Assembly (NCBI GenBank): GCA_964452145.1
Contig: CAYVLA010000030.1
Location: forward strand, 1 to 29,516
Direction: 5' to 3'
Source of the DNA: Candidatus Hadarchaeota archaeon
Lineage (GTDB): Archaea > CAYQAE01 > CAYVLA01
DNA: 29,516 nt
In this document: positions 16,891 to 27,000 of the stretch, one piece after another
How the letters are laid out: every line of letters begins with the position of its first letter
Numbering within the stretch: the stretch's first letter is position 1
The notes under the pieces: model-generated
The model's database searches: none
The model's input: only the letters and a program-made list of their open reading frames with translations
Told to the model about the DNA's origin: nothing
Program-made: the position numbers and the translations under genes

Positions 16891-17924
16891 CCTGCTTGTC
16901 TGCTCCTTCGTAGTGCCTTCTCTACGAGTCCCTTCTTCCGTTTCAGGTCGTCAAGTCCTTTAGTCTTTGAAGTCAGAACGTCCAAGATCAACTGTTCCAG
17001 ATCGGCTGGGCCACGATCATCAAGTCGCTCAAGTGCTCGTGCAACCATTATGCAGGCGCGAGTCCCGGGCCTCTCGCCTTCGTCCAACTCTTTTCTGAGA
17101 GCTCTGAAGATCTCCACGATCTTCCTTGCTTCACCCTCGGCCAGCCCTGTATGGGCCGTAACGATCCGAACCTCCGTGTCTAGACCGTAGTAGTCCATGC
17201 ACAGACCCACAATGCGGTCGAGAAGAGCATCTTGCGCCCTGTGTATGCCGGCATATTCGACGGAGTTGCTGGTGAGAATCGCCCTGAAGTTGGGGTCTAC
17301 CTTCACGTACCTCTTCTGCCCGGCCATTGTTGGGAGTTCTAGGATCCTCTCCTCAAGGACCGAGAGGAGGACGTTGTTCGCTTCCGGCTTGGCTCTGGAG
17401 AATTCGTTGTAGACGAAGGTGTATCCGTGCTTGCACGCGATGGTTAATGGGTTGTCGACCCAGATCGCGCGCATCATGTCCCTACCCTTGAAGACGTTGT
17501 GGACGAATCTGTCTCGGTATGTCTGTTGCTCAAATTCCTTGTAACTTCCGACGAGATCTTCAGTGGTGATCTGGTCGTCTCCGTTCACCCACGTGACGGG
17601 CCGACCAAGTTCGTACGCTATCTCCATCGCCAGCGTGGTCTTGCCGCATCCCGTTGGTCCGATTATGTGAATCGGGCAGCCAGCCGACAGCCATCGCATC
17701 GCGCGGCTCTTGATATCCTTCACTTCACCCGTTTCAACGAACAGCGGGCGGTTTGGGGCAAGGTGTTCAGGCTCAACCGGGTTGACATCCCAGGTCTCTG
17801 GCCCCGCCGGGTTCTCAGCTGCTGCTGATGCCAGTCGCCCAGAACCATGTAGCGAGTGTGGGGGATCTTCCAGCAACGTTTGCCCAACGGCCCTTCTTCT
17901 GGATACCGATCTTTCGACTCTCAT
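16887..17924 (-). CDS. gvpN: Gas vesicle protein GvpN (CbbQ/NirQ/MoxR-like AAA ATPase)
   Basis: Walker A IIGPTGCGKTTLA and Walker B DEFSRA, with a length typical of GvpN. It lies directly downstream of gvpA. Confidence 0.9.
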   Translation of the reverse strand: MRVERSVSRRRAVGQTLLEDPPHSLHGSGRLASAAAENPAGPETWDVNPVEPEHLAPNRPLFVETGEVKDIKSRAMRWLSAGCPIHIIGPTGCGKTTLAMEIAYELGRPVTWVNGDDQITTEDLVGSYKEFEQQTYRDRFVHNVFKGRDMMRAIWVDNPLTIACKHGYTFVYNEFSRAKPEANNVLLSVLEERILELPTMAGQKRYVKVDPNFRAILTSNSVEYAGIHRAQDALLDRIVGLCMDYYGLDTEVRIVTAHTGLAEGEARKIVEIFRALRKELDEGERPGTRACIMVARALERLDDRGPADLEQLILDVLTSKTKGLDDLKRKKGLVEKALRRSRQAG

Positions 17925-18112
17925 TGTTCACACCAACTCCAATCTTGCGCCCACCTGCACAATTGTTCCATGCCACATAGACCCAGGAGCCCGGCCGTTT
18001 TCCCATTTACCTCAGTCTGAGGAGAGACGGTTCTCGTAACGAAACTCGATACAGAACCCCATCTTATTTGACGGTCATTGCGGATTCTTGTGATTCAGCA
18101 GCCGGGTGGCTT

Positions 18113-18156
18113 TCGAGAAAAAGGGGAGGACCCATGCTTTGGGCGTGGGCCTCCCA
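18113..18156 (-). terminator. Hairpin plus oligo-T attenuator/terminator between gvpA and gvpN
   Basis: On the plus strand GGGAGGaCCCA-(11-nt loop)-TGGGCCTCCC forms a stem of ~10 bp with one bulge. It is immediately preceded by GAGAAAAAG, which reads as CTTTTTCTC after the hairpin on the transcribed minus strand. It lies ~40-80 nt after the gvpA stop. Confidence 0.4.
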
Positions 18157-18195
18157 CCGAGAGAAGGGGCGGCGTTACTCTCAGAGTCCCCTCAG

Positions 18196-18417
18196 CTATG
18201 CGGCGGGGGCGCTGATCGTGGCTTGCTCTATCTTGGCCATCTCTTCAGCGTAGTGCAGGTAGGTGTCGACTGATGCGACGACCACTCTGGCCTCAACGCT
18301 CAAGATCTCGATGCCGACCAAGGACACCCTGACCCAGGCATCGATAACCACGCCTTTGTCCAGGATCCTGTCCAGCACCTCAGCAAGGCTGGAAACATCC
18401 GGCTGTTGCGTTACCAT
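18196..18417 (-). CDS. gvpA: Major gas vesicle structural protein GvpA
   Basis: [48 protein letters not shown] is a near-canonical GvpA, 73 aa. A GGAGGTGA ribosome-binding site lies 7 nt before the ATG. Confidence 0.92.
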   Translation of the reverse strand: MVTQQPDVSSLAEVLDRILDKGVVIDAWVRVSLVGIEILSVEARVVVASVDTYLHYAEEMAKIEQATISAPAA

Positions 18418-18487
18418 TTGCTTTTCACCTCCGATAATTGTTTGGGATAACTGCGGACTCCTAGGCCCGTGGGCTAAGGTATCTGCT

Positions 18488-18506
18488 AATGGTATAAAAA
18501 TATCAC
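18488..18506 (-). promoter_or_regulatory. Candidate gvpA promoter TATA box
   Basis: On the minus strand GTGATATTTTTATACC lies ~75 nt upstream of the gvpA ATG. The same TTTTTATAC motif recurs before abiEi and the IS transposase. Confidence 0.45.
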
Positions 18507-18679
18507 GGATAATCGGCGCGGGATTTGCAACTTTTCACAATGATAAGGGCTGCACGGGAAGACACGCTTCAAGGACTGCCGTAGAAGGGCGGAGCACATC
18601 GACGAGGCGCAATAATCATAGGATACTGGTACTCGGACCTAGGTCTGTCTTGGTCGCTCCTAGAGCAATCTGGACAGTT

Positions 18680-19420
18680 TCACCAGACAGTCAACGTGCC
18701 TCCCATAGTCCAGGAACCTGCAGTAATAGGGGTCGTAGTACTTGGCAGACCTGCGAAAAGGCTCCCCCACAAACCCATCATGTCTATCCATCCGCAGAAA
18801 CGCCCAAGCAACAGCAACCATCGTGGACATGTCAGGGGTTTACCCAGTCTTACGGGCGGCGATGAATATGTGTAGGCCGTCCTTGTTTTGAGGTCTCGGT
18901 ACAGGGCTTTCTCGATGGCCGCTATCTTGTCTGTGTTCTGTCTGGCGAACTCGGCAAGCTTCATAGCTTCCAGGAATCGTTCGTCGAGCAGCATGTTAGG
19001 CACAACATCGGGTGACATCCCATAGACGAGCTTGTGCAGGTTGCCCAGAGAGGCGGTTCGAAGGATGCTTAGATCGGCTTCTCGGAACAGTTTCTCAAGA
19101 TCTTCGATGTCGAAGAACCATGCCACCTTTCCTTCCCTCGATACGGACTCCTTCTCGACCAGAGCCTCCATGAGTGTAGGTGTGTGGAGGGCGTAGGAAG
19201 GTACTACTGTGCCGTCACCAAGGCTTGTCTTCACACCCATCCCCTGGATAAGGATCTCCTCGCTCTGAAGGTCGATCCTTTTGCCATCCTTGGTGTGGTC
19301 GTAGAAGAGCTCTAAACGATCCCGGCCTTCCAGCAGGGCAGCTATTCGCCCGGACGGATCTAGGAAGATCATCTCTTTGATCTGTTTCTTGTCCGCATCG
19401 TATCTTCTCTCAAGGAGCAC
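18680..19420 (-). CDS. Hypothetical protein, possibly with a C-terminal hydrophobic segment
   Basis: A 246-aa ORF that is protein-like for most of its length. The last ~60 aa are W/G/L-rich, which could be a TM helix or a frameshifted tail. Confidence 0.4.
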   Translation of the reverse strand: MLLERRYDADKKQIKEMIFLDPSGRIAALLEGRDRLELFYDHTKDGKRIDLQSEEILIQGMGVKTSLGDGTVVPSYALHTPTLMEALVEKESVSREGKVAWFFDIEDLEKLFREADLSILRTASLGNLHKLVYGMSPDVVPNMLLDERFLEAMKLAEFARQNTDKIAAIEKALYRDLKTRTAYTYSSPPVRLGKPLTCPRWLLLLGRFCGWIDMMGLWGSLFAGLPSTTTPITAGSWTMGGTLTVW

Positions 19421-19518
19421 AGACCCTGTTTGGTCTCTCGCCAGCGAACCAAGGGATGGGGACCTTTGCCTGGTTGCTTCTGGAAGGGGGAGAAGAGGAA
19501 AAGAGATGAAGCGAGATC

Positions 19519-20004
19519 ATGCCATGGAGTTCGGAGGATGGGATGCTTACGGTATATCTGGTTGCGAAGGAGGATGTCTTCCTCTTCAAAGGGCTAAGTG
19601 AAGGAGAGCTCGACTTGGAGGATATGCGGATTATCGCAGAGAGCGGGGTTGACTGGGGGACAGTAATTCGGGAATGCATCGCCCAATCTGAATCATCCGA
19701 ATCCGTATGGGAAGCCTTCCTCTACGATAGGCTGGTCGAACTCGAGGAGAAATATGGGATCAACGCGCCTGTCAGCAACAAACTCAGAAAGATAGCCGAA
19801 GAGAAGATGGCTCAGAGAATGCTGATCAGGAAGATAGGGGAGGGGAAAGACACCGTGAGAGAGATCGCGGAGGAGTCGGAGTTCTCCGAGTCGTGGGTGA
19901 GGATAGAGCTTGACAAGCTAGCCAAGAAGAGACTTCTCACGGTTGACAAGAGCAAACGTCCTTACCATTACCAACTGCAACAGAAGACCCCATTGGCTGG
20001 GTGA
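19519..20004 (+). CDS. Hypothetical protein with a possible C-terminal winged-helix
   Basis: A 161-aa ORF. The C-terminus DTVREIAEESEFSESWVRIELDKLAKKRLLTV is HTH-like. Confidence 0.4.
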   Translation: MPWSSEDGMLTVYLVAKEDVFLFKGLSEGELDLEDMRIIAESGVDWGTVIRECIAQSESSESVWEAFLYDRLVELEEKYGINAPVSNKLRKIAEEKMAQRMLIRKIGEGKDTVREIAEESEFSESWVRIELDKLAKKRLLTVDKSKRPYHYQLQQKTPLAG

Positions 20005-20205
20005 GGCTTCGCATCAGCTCAGCAACACCAGAGCGTATCGTGCTTGCCCGGAGATAGTGGTGGCCCGGCAGGCCGTCAAGACACGCATTTGGAGATGGGG
20101 AGTTTCTCGCAGAACCGGTGGACAGCCCGGCTGATTCAGTGCCGGGAGCTGATTGACTCAGTTCTGCGGCACGCCCGGAGAGAAAGAAAGCGATCCATCA
20201 GGTTC

Positions 20206-20913
20206 CTACCCTGTGTACCCGCACATTCCAACACGCGGGGAGTTGACCACTGGGAGGAGCATATCTTCGCCGCAGGGGTGCTTGCGCCCACACTTGTTGC
20301 AGAGCCATCCCCCGTCATCCCAGATGCATTGACTGCAGACCCGCGTGGCGATCTTCCCGCATGCGTTGCATATGATCAAAGGGGGGTCATTTCTCGCCAG
20401 CAGCTGAATCGCCCTGCCACTGGCCTTGCCTTGCCGTTCTCCCACCACCTTCAATCTGAGCTCTGTCGTGGTCCCGAAGTCGTACTCGTAGTCGAACTTC
20501 AGCCCGGGAGAGAGGACCTTGTTCAGGGCGACATCCATATTCCTCCCGCCGGGCACAAGGCCTACGCCTATCCACATCGCGTCTATCCCTGCGCCGGCTA
20601 TGTACCTTCTTTCCTGTATTGTGAACGCGCTCATATGTCCGCAACACTCCACCCAGGTGTCCCTGAGGAAACCGTCCAGGTCCCTAAGCGTTGCTCTAGA
20701 TGGTGCTTCGAGGTGCATCCAATACTGGGGGAGGTAGCTCCCTTCCACCGTGATATGGAGCAGCATCGTTCTCCTCTCGCTGCGCTTGTCCCGCGATAAC
20801 GGTAGCGTGGGGTCCCGTTTCCTGCATGCTCGCAGGTGTCTAGTCATGGCCGCCTTCCCGAAGCTGGACCTGCAGAGCTCGCACCGTCCTTTCGACGTCC
20901 TCCTCTCTGCCAT
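20206..20913 (-). CDS. pRiA4b ORF-3-like family protein with N- and C-terminal zinc-ribbon motifs
   Basis: The pattern MLLHITVEGSYLPQYWMHLEAPSRATLRDLDGFLRDTWVECCGHMSAF ... FDYEYDFGTTTELRLKVV matches the PRiA4_ORF3 pattern (L.I.L.g..P.iWRr...L.dLH..iq...gW...HLH.F ... Y.YDFGD.W.H). The cysteine clusters are CELC...HLRAC and CNACG...CSQC...CNKCG. Confidence 0.55.
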   Translation of the reverse strand: MAERRTSKGRCELCRSSFGKAAMTRHLRACRKRDPTLPLSRDKRSERRTMLLHITVEGSYLPQYWMHLEAPSRATLRDLDGFLRDTWVECCGHMSAFTIQERRYIAGAGIDAMWIGVGLVPGGRNMDVALNKVLSPGLKFDYEYDFGTTTELRLKVVGERQGKASGRAIQLLARNDPPLIICNACGKIATRVCSQCIWDDGGWLCNKCGRKHPCGEDMLLPVVNSPRVGMCGYTG

Positions 20914-21183
20914 TCCTTCGACACCATGCCTCCCGCTCTCCCTACACTCTTAACGGTATCGAATGCGGAATGCGGTGTCAGTGACGCCGATCCCGGGGGG
21001 CCTTCCGCGTCACAGTCACAGGATGGCGGAATCGCTGTTGACAGAGGCTCTGAGACGCATCAAAGCGGCTCCGGCCCGCGGTCGATGACGAGAGAAGCGT
21101 TGTTCTGGTCTTGGAAAGTAAGTAGGACAAGAATCGGAAAAGGTCCCGGGGCTCTGAGAAAACGCGGATCTTCACCCCGTGTA

Positions 21184-21212
21184 ATCTTTTTATACGGTTT
21201 GTATATAACTTA
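21184..21212 (+). promoter_or_regulatory. Promoter of abiEi with tandem TATA boxes and a short or leaderless transcript
   Basis: CTTTTTATACGG sits at -32 and TGTATATAAC at -18 relative to the ATG at 21218. Confidence 0.45.
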
Positions 21213-21217
21213 GTTAC

Positions 21218-21952
21218 ATGGAAAGTACATCGGTGTCCAGGCGAGAAGGGGAGGTCGTCCACCAGATCAGGTCAAGGGATATGGTGATATTCACGGCCCG
21301 GGACATAGGCAGATTTCTGAAAACGTCGAGGGTGAACACCCACCGCATAATCTCCAGCATGAAGAAAAAGGGACTGATGAAGAGCGTGGAGAGGGGCAAG
21401 TACGTGCTGACCGAGGCCTGGGAAGAGCTGGACGTCTACGAGATAGTGCCCGAGATATTCAAACCTTCCTATATCGGTTTCTGGAGCGCCCTCCATTACC
21501 ACAACATGACCGATCAGGTGCCGAGAACGGTGTTCGTGGCGACGACCAAGAGGAAGAAGCCACTCCAACTGCAGGGGCAGACGATAAGATACGTTACGAT
21601 CAAGAGTCGCCTCTTCTTCGGCTACCAGCGGTTCGGGAAGGCGCTCGTGTCGGACAGGGAGAAGACGGTCATCGACTGCCTTGGCCATTTGGAGTATTCG
21701 GGGGGCATCGGCCAGGTATACGAGGCCGTAACGGACCAACTCGACCCGGGAAAGATGGTGGACTACTGCCTGAGAACAGGAAGCTCGGCCATAGCGTCCC
21801 GGCTGGGATACCTCATGGAGAGAAAGGGACTCGATTTCGAGAAAGACGGACTCAAGGCAATGCTACGTACCTACGCCAAGCTGGACTCCGGGGGAGGGTA
21901 CTCGGACCTAGTACGGGATTGGAAGCTCTACGTGAACAAGGAGATAGCATGA
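21218..21952 (+). CDS. abiEi: AbiEi-family antitoxin/transcriptional regulator (type IV toxin-antitoxin/abortive infection)
   Basis: An N-terminal wHTH region and a COG5340-like body. It overlaps the following AbiEii gene by 4 nt. Confidence 0.75.
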   Translation: MESTSVSRREGEVVHQIRSRDMVIFTARDIGRFLKTSRVNTHRIISSMKKKGLMKSVERGKYVLTEAWEELDVYEIVPEIFKPSYIGFWSALHYHNMTDQVPRTVFVATTKRKKPLQLQGQTIRYVTIKSRLFFGYQRFGKALVSDREKTVIDCLGHLEYSGGIGQVYEAVTDQLDPGKMVDYCLRTGSSAIASRLGYLMERKGLDFEKDGLKAMLRTYAKLDSGGGYSDLVRDWKLYVNKEIA

Positions 21953-22722
21953 TTACGAGAAGACAGCTGAGGGAGATACACCGCGTCGACCTGCCGCTGC
22001 ACATACTGGAGCAGGACTATATCCAATCGCTGTTCCTGCGCGAACTGTACCGGGGGGTTGACACACTCGTGTCCAAAGGGGGCACTTTCCTGAGGCACGC
22101 CTACGGCCTGGACAGGTACTCCGATGATCTGGATTTCACGCTCCACGGAGAGACCGAGCTTGAGAATGAACTTGCGCGTTCGGCATTGGAGCTTGGCTCA
22201 TATGGCATCGAGGCCGTGATCGATGAACGGGACGACAGTGGTCTGTCTTTCACTGCCAGACTGAGGTACAAGGGCCCGCTGTATGATGGGTCCGAACGGT
22301 CGGTTGGAAGCACCAGCATCGAGGTTTCCCGTAGGGATGATGTGTTTCTTGAGCCGGCATGGGTAAGGCTGTTCTTCGAGTACCCGGAAACCAGAGTCGT
22401 GAACGTCTTGGGCCTGCAGAAGGAGGAGGTACTGGCCGAGAAGCTTCGAGCTCTCAGCACGCGTGGGAAGGGCCGCGACCTTTACGATGTCTGGTTCCTG
22501 CTCAAGCAGGGGGTGGAGGTGAATAGAAAGCTCTTCGAGCGGAAGATGGAAGTGATGGGCCGCCCTCCCGAGATAACCCTCTCCGTGCCGGAATCGGAGT
22601 GGAGAAGAGACCTCCGGGTACTGCTCCCCAGGCCTCCGGAGTACTCCGAAGTCGTGGAAGAGGTCGTCAACGCGCTGCAGAAGAGCGGTCACGGGTGGTC
22701 GGGACGGCCTTGCATCCAATAG
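21949..22722 (+). CDS. abiEii: AbiEii/AbiGii-family nucleotidyltransferase toxin (DUF1814)
   Basis: GTFLRHAYGLDRYSDDLDFT (the NTase GS..D.D motif) and ...GRDLYDVWFLL are typical of AbiEii. I placed the start at the internal ATG at 21949, which overlaps the abiEi stop. Confidence 0.8.
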   Translation: MITRRQLREIHRVDLPLHILEQDYIQSLFLRELYRGVDTLVSKGGTFLRHAYGLDRYSDDLDFTLHGETELENELARSALELGSYGIEAVIDERDDSGLSFTARLRYKGPLYDGSERSVGSTSIEVSRRDDVFLEPAWVRLFFEYPETRVVNVLGLQKEEVLAEKLRALSTRGKGRDLYDVWFLLKQGVEVNRKLFERKMEVMGRPPEITLSVPESEWRRDLRVLLPRPPEYSEVVEEVVNALQKSGHGWSGRPCIQ

Positions 22723-23184
22723 TGCCAACGCGCAGGAGGCGCCTCGCGTCGGGAATCGGTTGGACCCCTCCTCTTTTCAACCCGTCTTGCCTGGGACCTT
22801 CTCCTATGGATTCCCTCTCTCCCTTCTCCCCTTCCCCTACTCCATTAGATCATCCTTCGCCCGGATGGCCGGCTTGATTGTCCCCAGGCAACTGGTGGCC
22901 TTGTGAACCGTCCGGCAAGATGGTCCGAACCCCGACATGAGACGTTGAAGCATCGCTGCTTTGACCCATCTTTTGTTACCCCTCTTCTACACAGCAAGGC
23001 AGCAAGGTGAGACTTCTTCAACCTGCCTCGTGGTCCGTCGGTGGCCAAGTCGTAGGACACTTGCCATCGCCAGATGGGCCGGCATGGGAACTTGCAGAAG
23101 CGCGGTCGGCGGACTCCTTTCGCGCAGATTCTAGCCCAGTTCGTCTATGCCCGATCTGACAATCATGTAACGGTGCCAGATCTC

Positions 23185-24066
23185 CTACCGTCGTAGGCCC
23201 AGTGCTTCCCGCAGCGCGGCGCTGCTGGCTACGGTGTAAGCTTGTGCCAGTAATGATGCAAGGTTGTCCTTCCCAACCGTGAAAGGAGCATCTCCCAACC
23301 TCGTGAGAACGGCATTGTCAACCTCGGGGAGCATAGGCCTGACGGTGAGGGAATCCAGCGCTTCTCCCGCCTGCCAAAACGTACCCAGTGATTTCCCAGA
23401 AATGACGCCGCCTTCCGGCAGGTCGGCTTCGATAGGCGTCGGGGCCTCACTTTCCGGGAGCGTATGCACCCTTTTCTCCCGAAGCATCCTCATCATCCGG
23501 TCCTTGGGCAGGCCGCGCAGTCTGAAGATCAAGAAGGGGTCCTCATCAAACCTCTCCGCCAAGAGGTAGTAGACGGCGGCGATGTGCTTGCAGGGGTTGG
23601 CCCAGTCCGGGCAGGAGCAGTCGGTGACGAGTTCCTTCTTCGAGGTCGGGAAAAGGTGGACCTTCGCTTCAGCAAAGGCTTCCTCGATATTTCGAGGCAT
23701 CTCGCCCGAAAGCAACTTGGCTGCAAATACGGCCTGGGAGGCCATCGCATTCGTGGCCTGATCCCAATCCCTCCTGGAAAGTGGTTTCAGGACGATCTTC
23801 ACCGAGTAAGGTTTTGCCCGCGTCCCCTGAACCTTCGCGGTGACGATGCCCTCTTGAACATCGATGGAGACTACCTGTCCCCTGCGGGCGTACGAGCGAC
23901 CCCGACTCAGCCTAGGCCCCATGCCGAAGGACTCGAGCACCGCGATCCAACGCCTGGACCACCAGGTCTCGCCAATCTCCCCACGCTGGCTTCTTGCCTT
24001 GATGCCATCTCTTACCGGCTTCGGCCGGGCCGGCTTGTAGTAATCCCAGTGCTCCCATCGACCCAT
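23185..24066 (-). CDS. SWIM zinc-finger protein (partner of the SNF2 helicase)
   Basis: CSCPDWANPCKHIAAVYYLLAERFDEDP is the CxCx(n)CxH SWIM signature. It starts 2 nt after the stop of the SNF2 gene on the same strand. Confidence 0.8.
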   Translation of the reverse strand: MGRWEHWDYYKPARPKPVRDGIKARSQRGEIGETWWSRRWIAVLESFGMGPRLSRGRSYARRGQVVSIDVQEGIVTAKVQGTRAKPYSVKIVLKPLSRRDWDQATNAMASQAVFAAKLLSGEMPRNIEEAFAEAKVHLFPTSKKELVTDCSCPDWANPCKHIAAVYYLLAERFDEDPFLIFRLRGLPKDRMMRMLREKRVHTLPESEAPTPIEADLPEGGVISGKSLGTFWQAGEALDSLTVRPMLPEVDNAVLTRLGDAPFTVGKDNLASLLAQAYTVASSAALREALGLRR

Positions 24067-24067
24067 C

Positions 24068-27000
24068 TCACTCCTCCCTCACTGCCTCGCGGCTCAATGC
24101 GAACATCTCCCTGAGCTGATCGGTCGACATTTCGGTGAGCCAGGCTTCCCCGGCGCCGACGATGCTTTCCGCCAGCTCCTTCTTTCGCTCGGTCATTTCG
24201 TCAATGCGCTCCTCCAAAGTGCCGAGGCACACAAACTTGTGTACCTGAACGTTTCTCCTCTGCCCTATGCGGAAGGCCCTGTCGGTGGCCTGGTTCTCCA
24301 CCGCCGGGTTCCACCAGCGGTCGAAGTGAAAAACGTGGTTGGCTTCCGTCAGGTTTATCCCGAATCCGCCGGCTTTGAGGGAGAGGACGAAGAGAGGCGG
24401 CCCCGTGCGTGGCCTTTGGAAGCGCTGGATCATGACATCTCTCTGCCTCTTCGTTGTGCCACCGTGGAGGAAGAGCGTCTCGCACCCAAGGGCCTCCCGT
24501 AGATGGTCCCGCAGCATTGCGCCCATCTCCGCGAACTGGGTGAAGACCAGTGCCTTGTCTCCCTCTGCCAGGGCTTCCTCCAACATCTCCTCCAGGCGGG
24601 TGAGCTTCCCGGAGCGTCCCGATAGCCTGCTGCCATCGTGGAGGAACTGCGCCGGGTGATTGCAGACCTGCTTGAGCTTGAGCAGAGTGGAGAGCACAAG
24701 TCCTCTACGCTCGATTCCCTCGGAGTTCGCAATCTTCTCCAGCATCTCCTCGACCACGGCCTCGTACAGGGTTGCCTGTTCCCGGGTGAGGTTGCAGACG
24801 ACCTTCATCTCCATCTTCTCTGGCAGGTCGTTGATGATCGACGGATCCGTCTTTGTGCGCCGCAGCGTGAATGGCTGGATCAGACTCTTGAGGGTCTGGG
24901 CACGGGTGGGATCACGGTATTTCTCGATGGGGATGATGAAGCGCGTGCGGAAATCATCTGCAGACCCAAGATAGCCGGGATTGAGGAAGTCCATAATGGA
25001 CCAGAGTTCGGATAGACGGTTCTCCACGGGCGTGCCGGTCAGGGCCACCCTGTAGTCAGCGTCAAGGCTTTTGATTGCACGGGTCTGTTTGGCCGCGGGA
25101 TTCTTGATGTTCTGGGCTTCGTCCAGGACAACGCACTCCCAGCCAACCTGGGAGAGAAGTTCCCGGTCCCGGAACGCGAGGGCATATGTGGTGATAACCA
25201 GGTCGTGCTGCCCAGCCTGGCGTTCAAACGCTTTCCCGGACAGCCTGTCGGCGCCGTGATGGATCATGGTCCTAAGCGACGACCCGAAGCGCTCGACCTC
25301 CTTCCTCCAGTTATCCACAACCGACATCGGGCAGATCAGCAGCGTGGGGCCGGGCCGCGACTTTCGCCGACGCCCTGCGCGTTCATGGAGCATGAGAGCT
25401 ATGAACTCGATCGTCTTCCCCAACCCCATGTCGTCTGCCAGGCAGGCACCGAGCCCGAACCGTCTGAGGAAAACGAGCCATGAGAGCCCTTTGACCTGAT
25501 AGGGGCGCAGCTGGCCGTTGAAACTCGATGGCGGCTCAACCTCAGATATCCTGACGCCGCGGGAGAGTCCGCCCAGGAAGTCCGCAGGCCATCCCTCGGC
25601 CTCGATGCCCATCACGGGCAGACCTACCTCGCAGACCTCCTGCCCCAGGCCAATTCGAAGGGCTTCCCTCAGCTTCATTTCGTCCCCGGCATGTCTGCGT
25701 TCAAAGAAGGCGATGGCCGCCTCGATCTCCTCCGGTCTGAGCTCGACCCACTGACCCCTTACCCTAACCAGAGGCAGCTTCAGCTCGGCCAATCTTTCGA
25801 ACTCCTCCGGCGAAAGAGTTCTGTCGCCCAGGGCGATCTCCCAGTTGTAGGCCACGATGCTGTCCATGCCCAGAAGCCCGGAACCAACCACCTGGGCATG
25901 GGTCTTCGGTTTCAGGTTCAATCTAGCGGTGAGACGGGTTTGGGGCTTCCGCCACCATGCCGGAAGCAGAACGCCGAATCCCCCTTGTTCCAGAAGCGGC
26001 GCGGACTGGCGCAGGAAGGAGTAGGCTTGCTCGGTGGTCAGACCCACGCCCACGGGGCACGCCGTTTTCAAACTCTCCTCGATCGCGGGGAACGCTCGCG
26101 AAGCCTTGCCCAGGTCAGCGAGCAGCCGATCCTGTGGGTTCTCAAACTTCCGCTTCAGAAAGGTGAGGACGTCCGACCTCGTGGCCCAAACCCTTTCCGC
26201 GGGAACCAGCAAGCTTGGGTCATCGCTGGCTTGGAGATGAAAACTGGCCCTCCACTCCCGAGCATCGTCGTTTGGCGGGTCAAGCCTGAAGCAGGTACGA
26301 AACGGTGCATCCGAGGGGATTGGTTGAACCCGGCTGAGCCAGGACCTCATCTCTTTGGAGAAAGAGGCCAACTCCTCGCTGGACCCCTCAAGTCCAGGAT
26401 CCTCAGATGAAAGGGCTTTCAGCCACTGTTCCGGCAGCGAGAGCCTCCGACGGCCCCGGCGAGGGGTAAGAAGCGGTGTTGAGGAGAGGGCTCTTCGAAC
26501 GAAGGCATCCACGGTTCGGTTGAGGAAACTTGAAACCAGGTCGGACGGCGATGACCATTCCCCCTCTGATAGCAGGATTGCGCCACAACTCGGAGGCATC
26601 GAGCTTGATAGCAGCTGCACTCGTCTGGAATCCTGCTCATCGATGACCGCCTCCCAGGCAGCTCGAACGGACCGGACGCCCCCTCGTTTCTCTTCCATAA
26701 TTGCTGGTGCAAAGCATTGCCTGGCGATCAGCTCAATCGAGAACTTGGCCGCTTCGACCCAGAAGCGCAGAGAGCTACCGAAGGCAACCCCACGGGGGCA
26801 CCTGCTTGGCAGCGAGAGGAGGCAATCCAGGACGGCATCTGGCTCGAGAGCCGCGGTTTCTATACTCCAAGGGGCCAATATGATCTCGTCGCTGTCTTCG
26901 ACCGAGTCCTCTTGGATCAATTCAGGAGAGGGCAGGGGTCGCCTCCGAGTGGATGGCAGAAGGACTGGAACGTCTGCTGGTTTGGTGCTCTTTGGGCTTG

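Noticed and set aside
20044-20799. A 251-aa plus-strand ORF
   Set aside because: It is antisense to the pRiA4b-ORF3-like gene, which has a recognisable family signature. Its composition is shadow-like.
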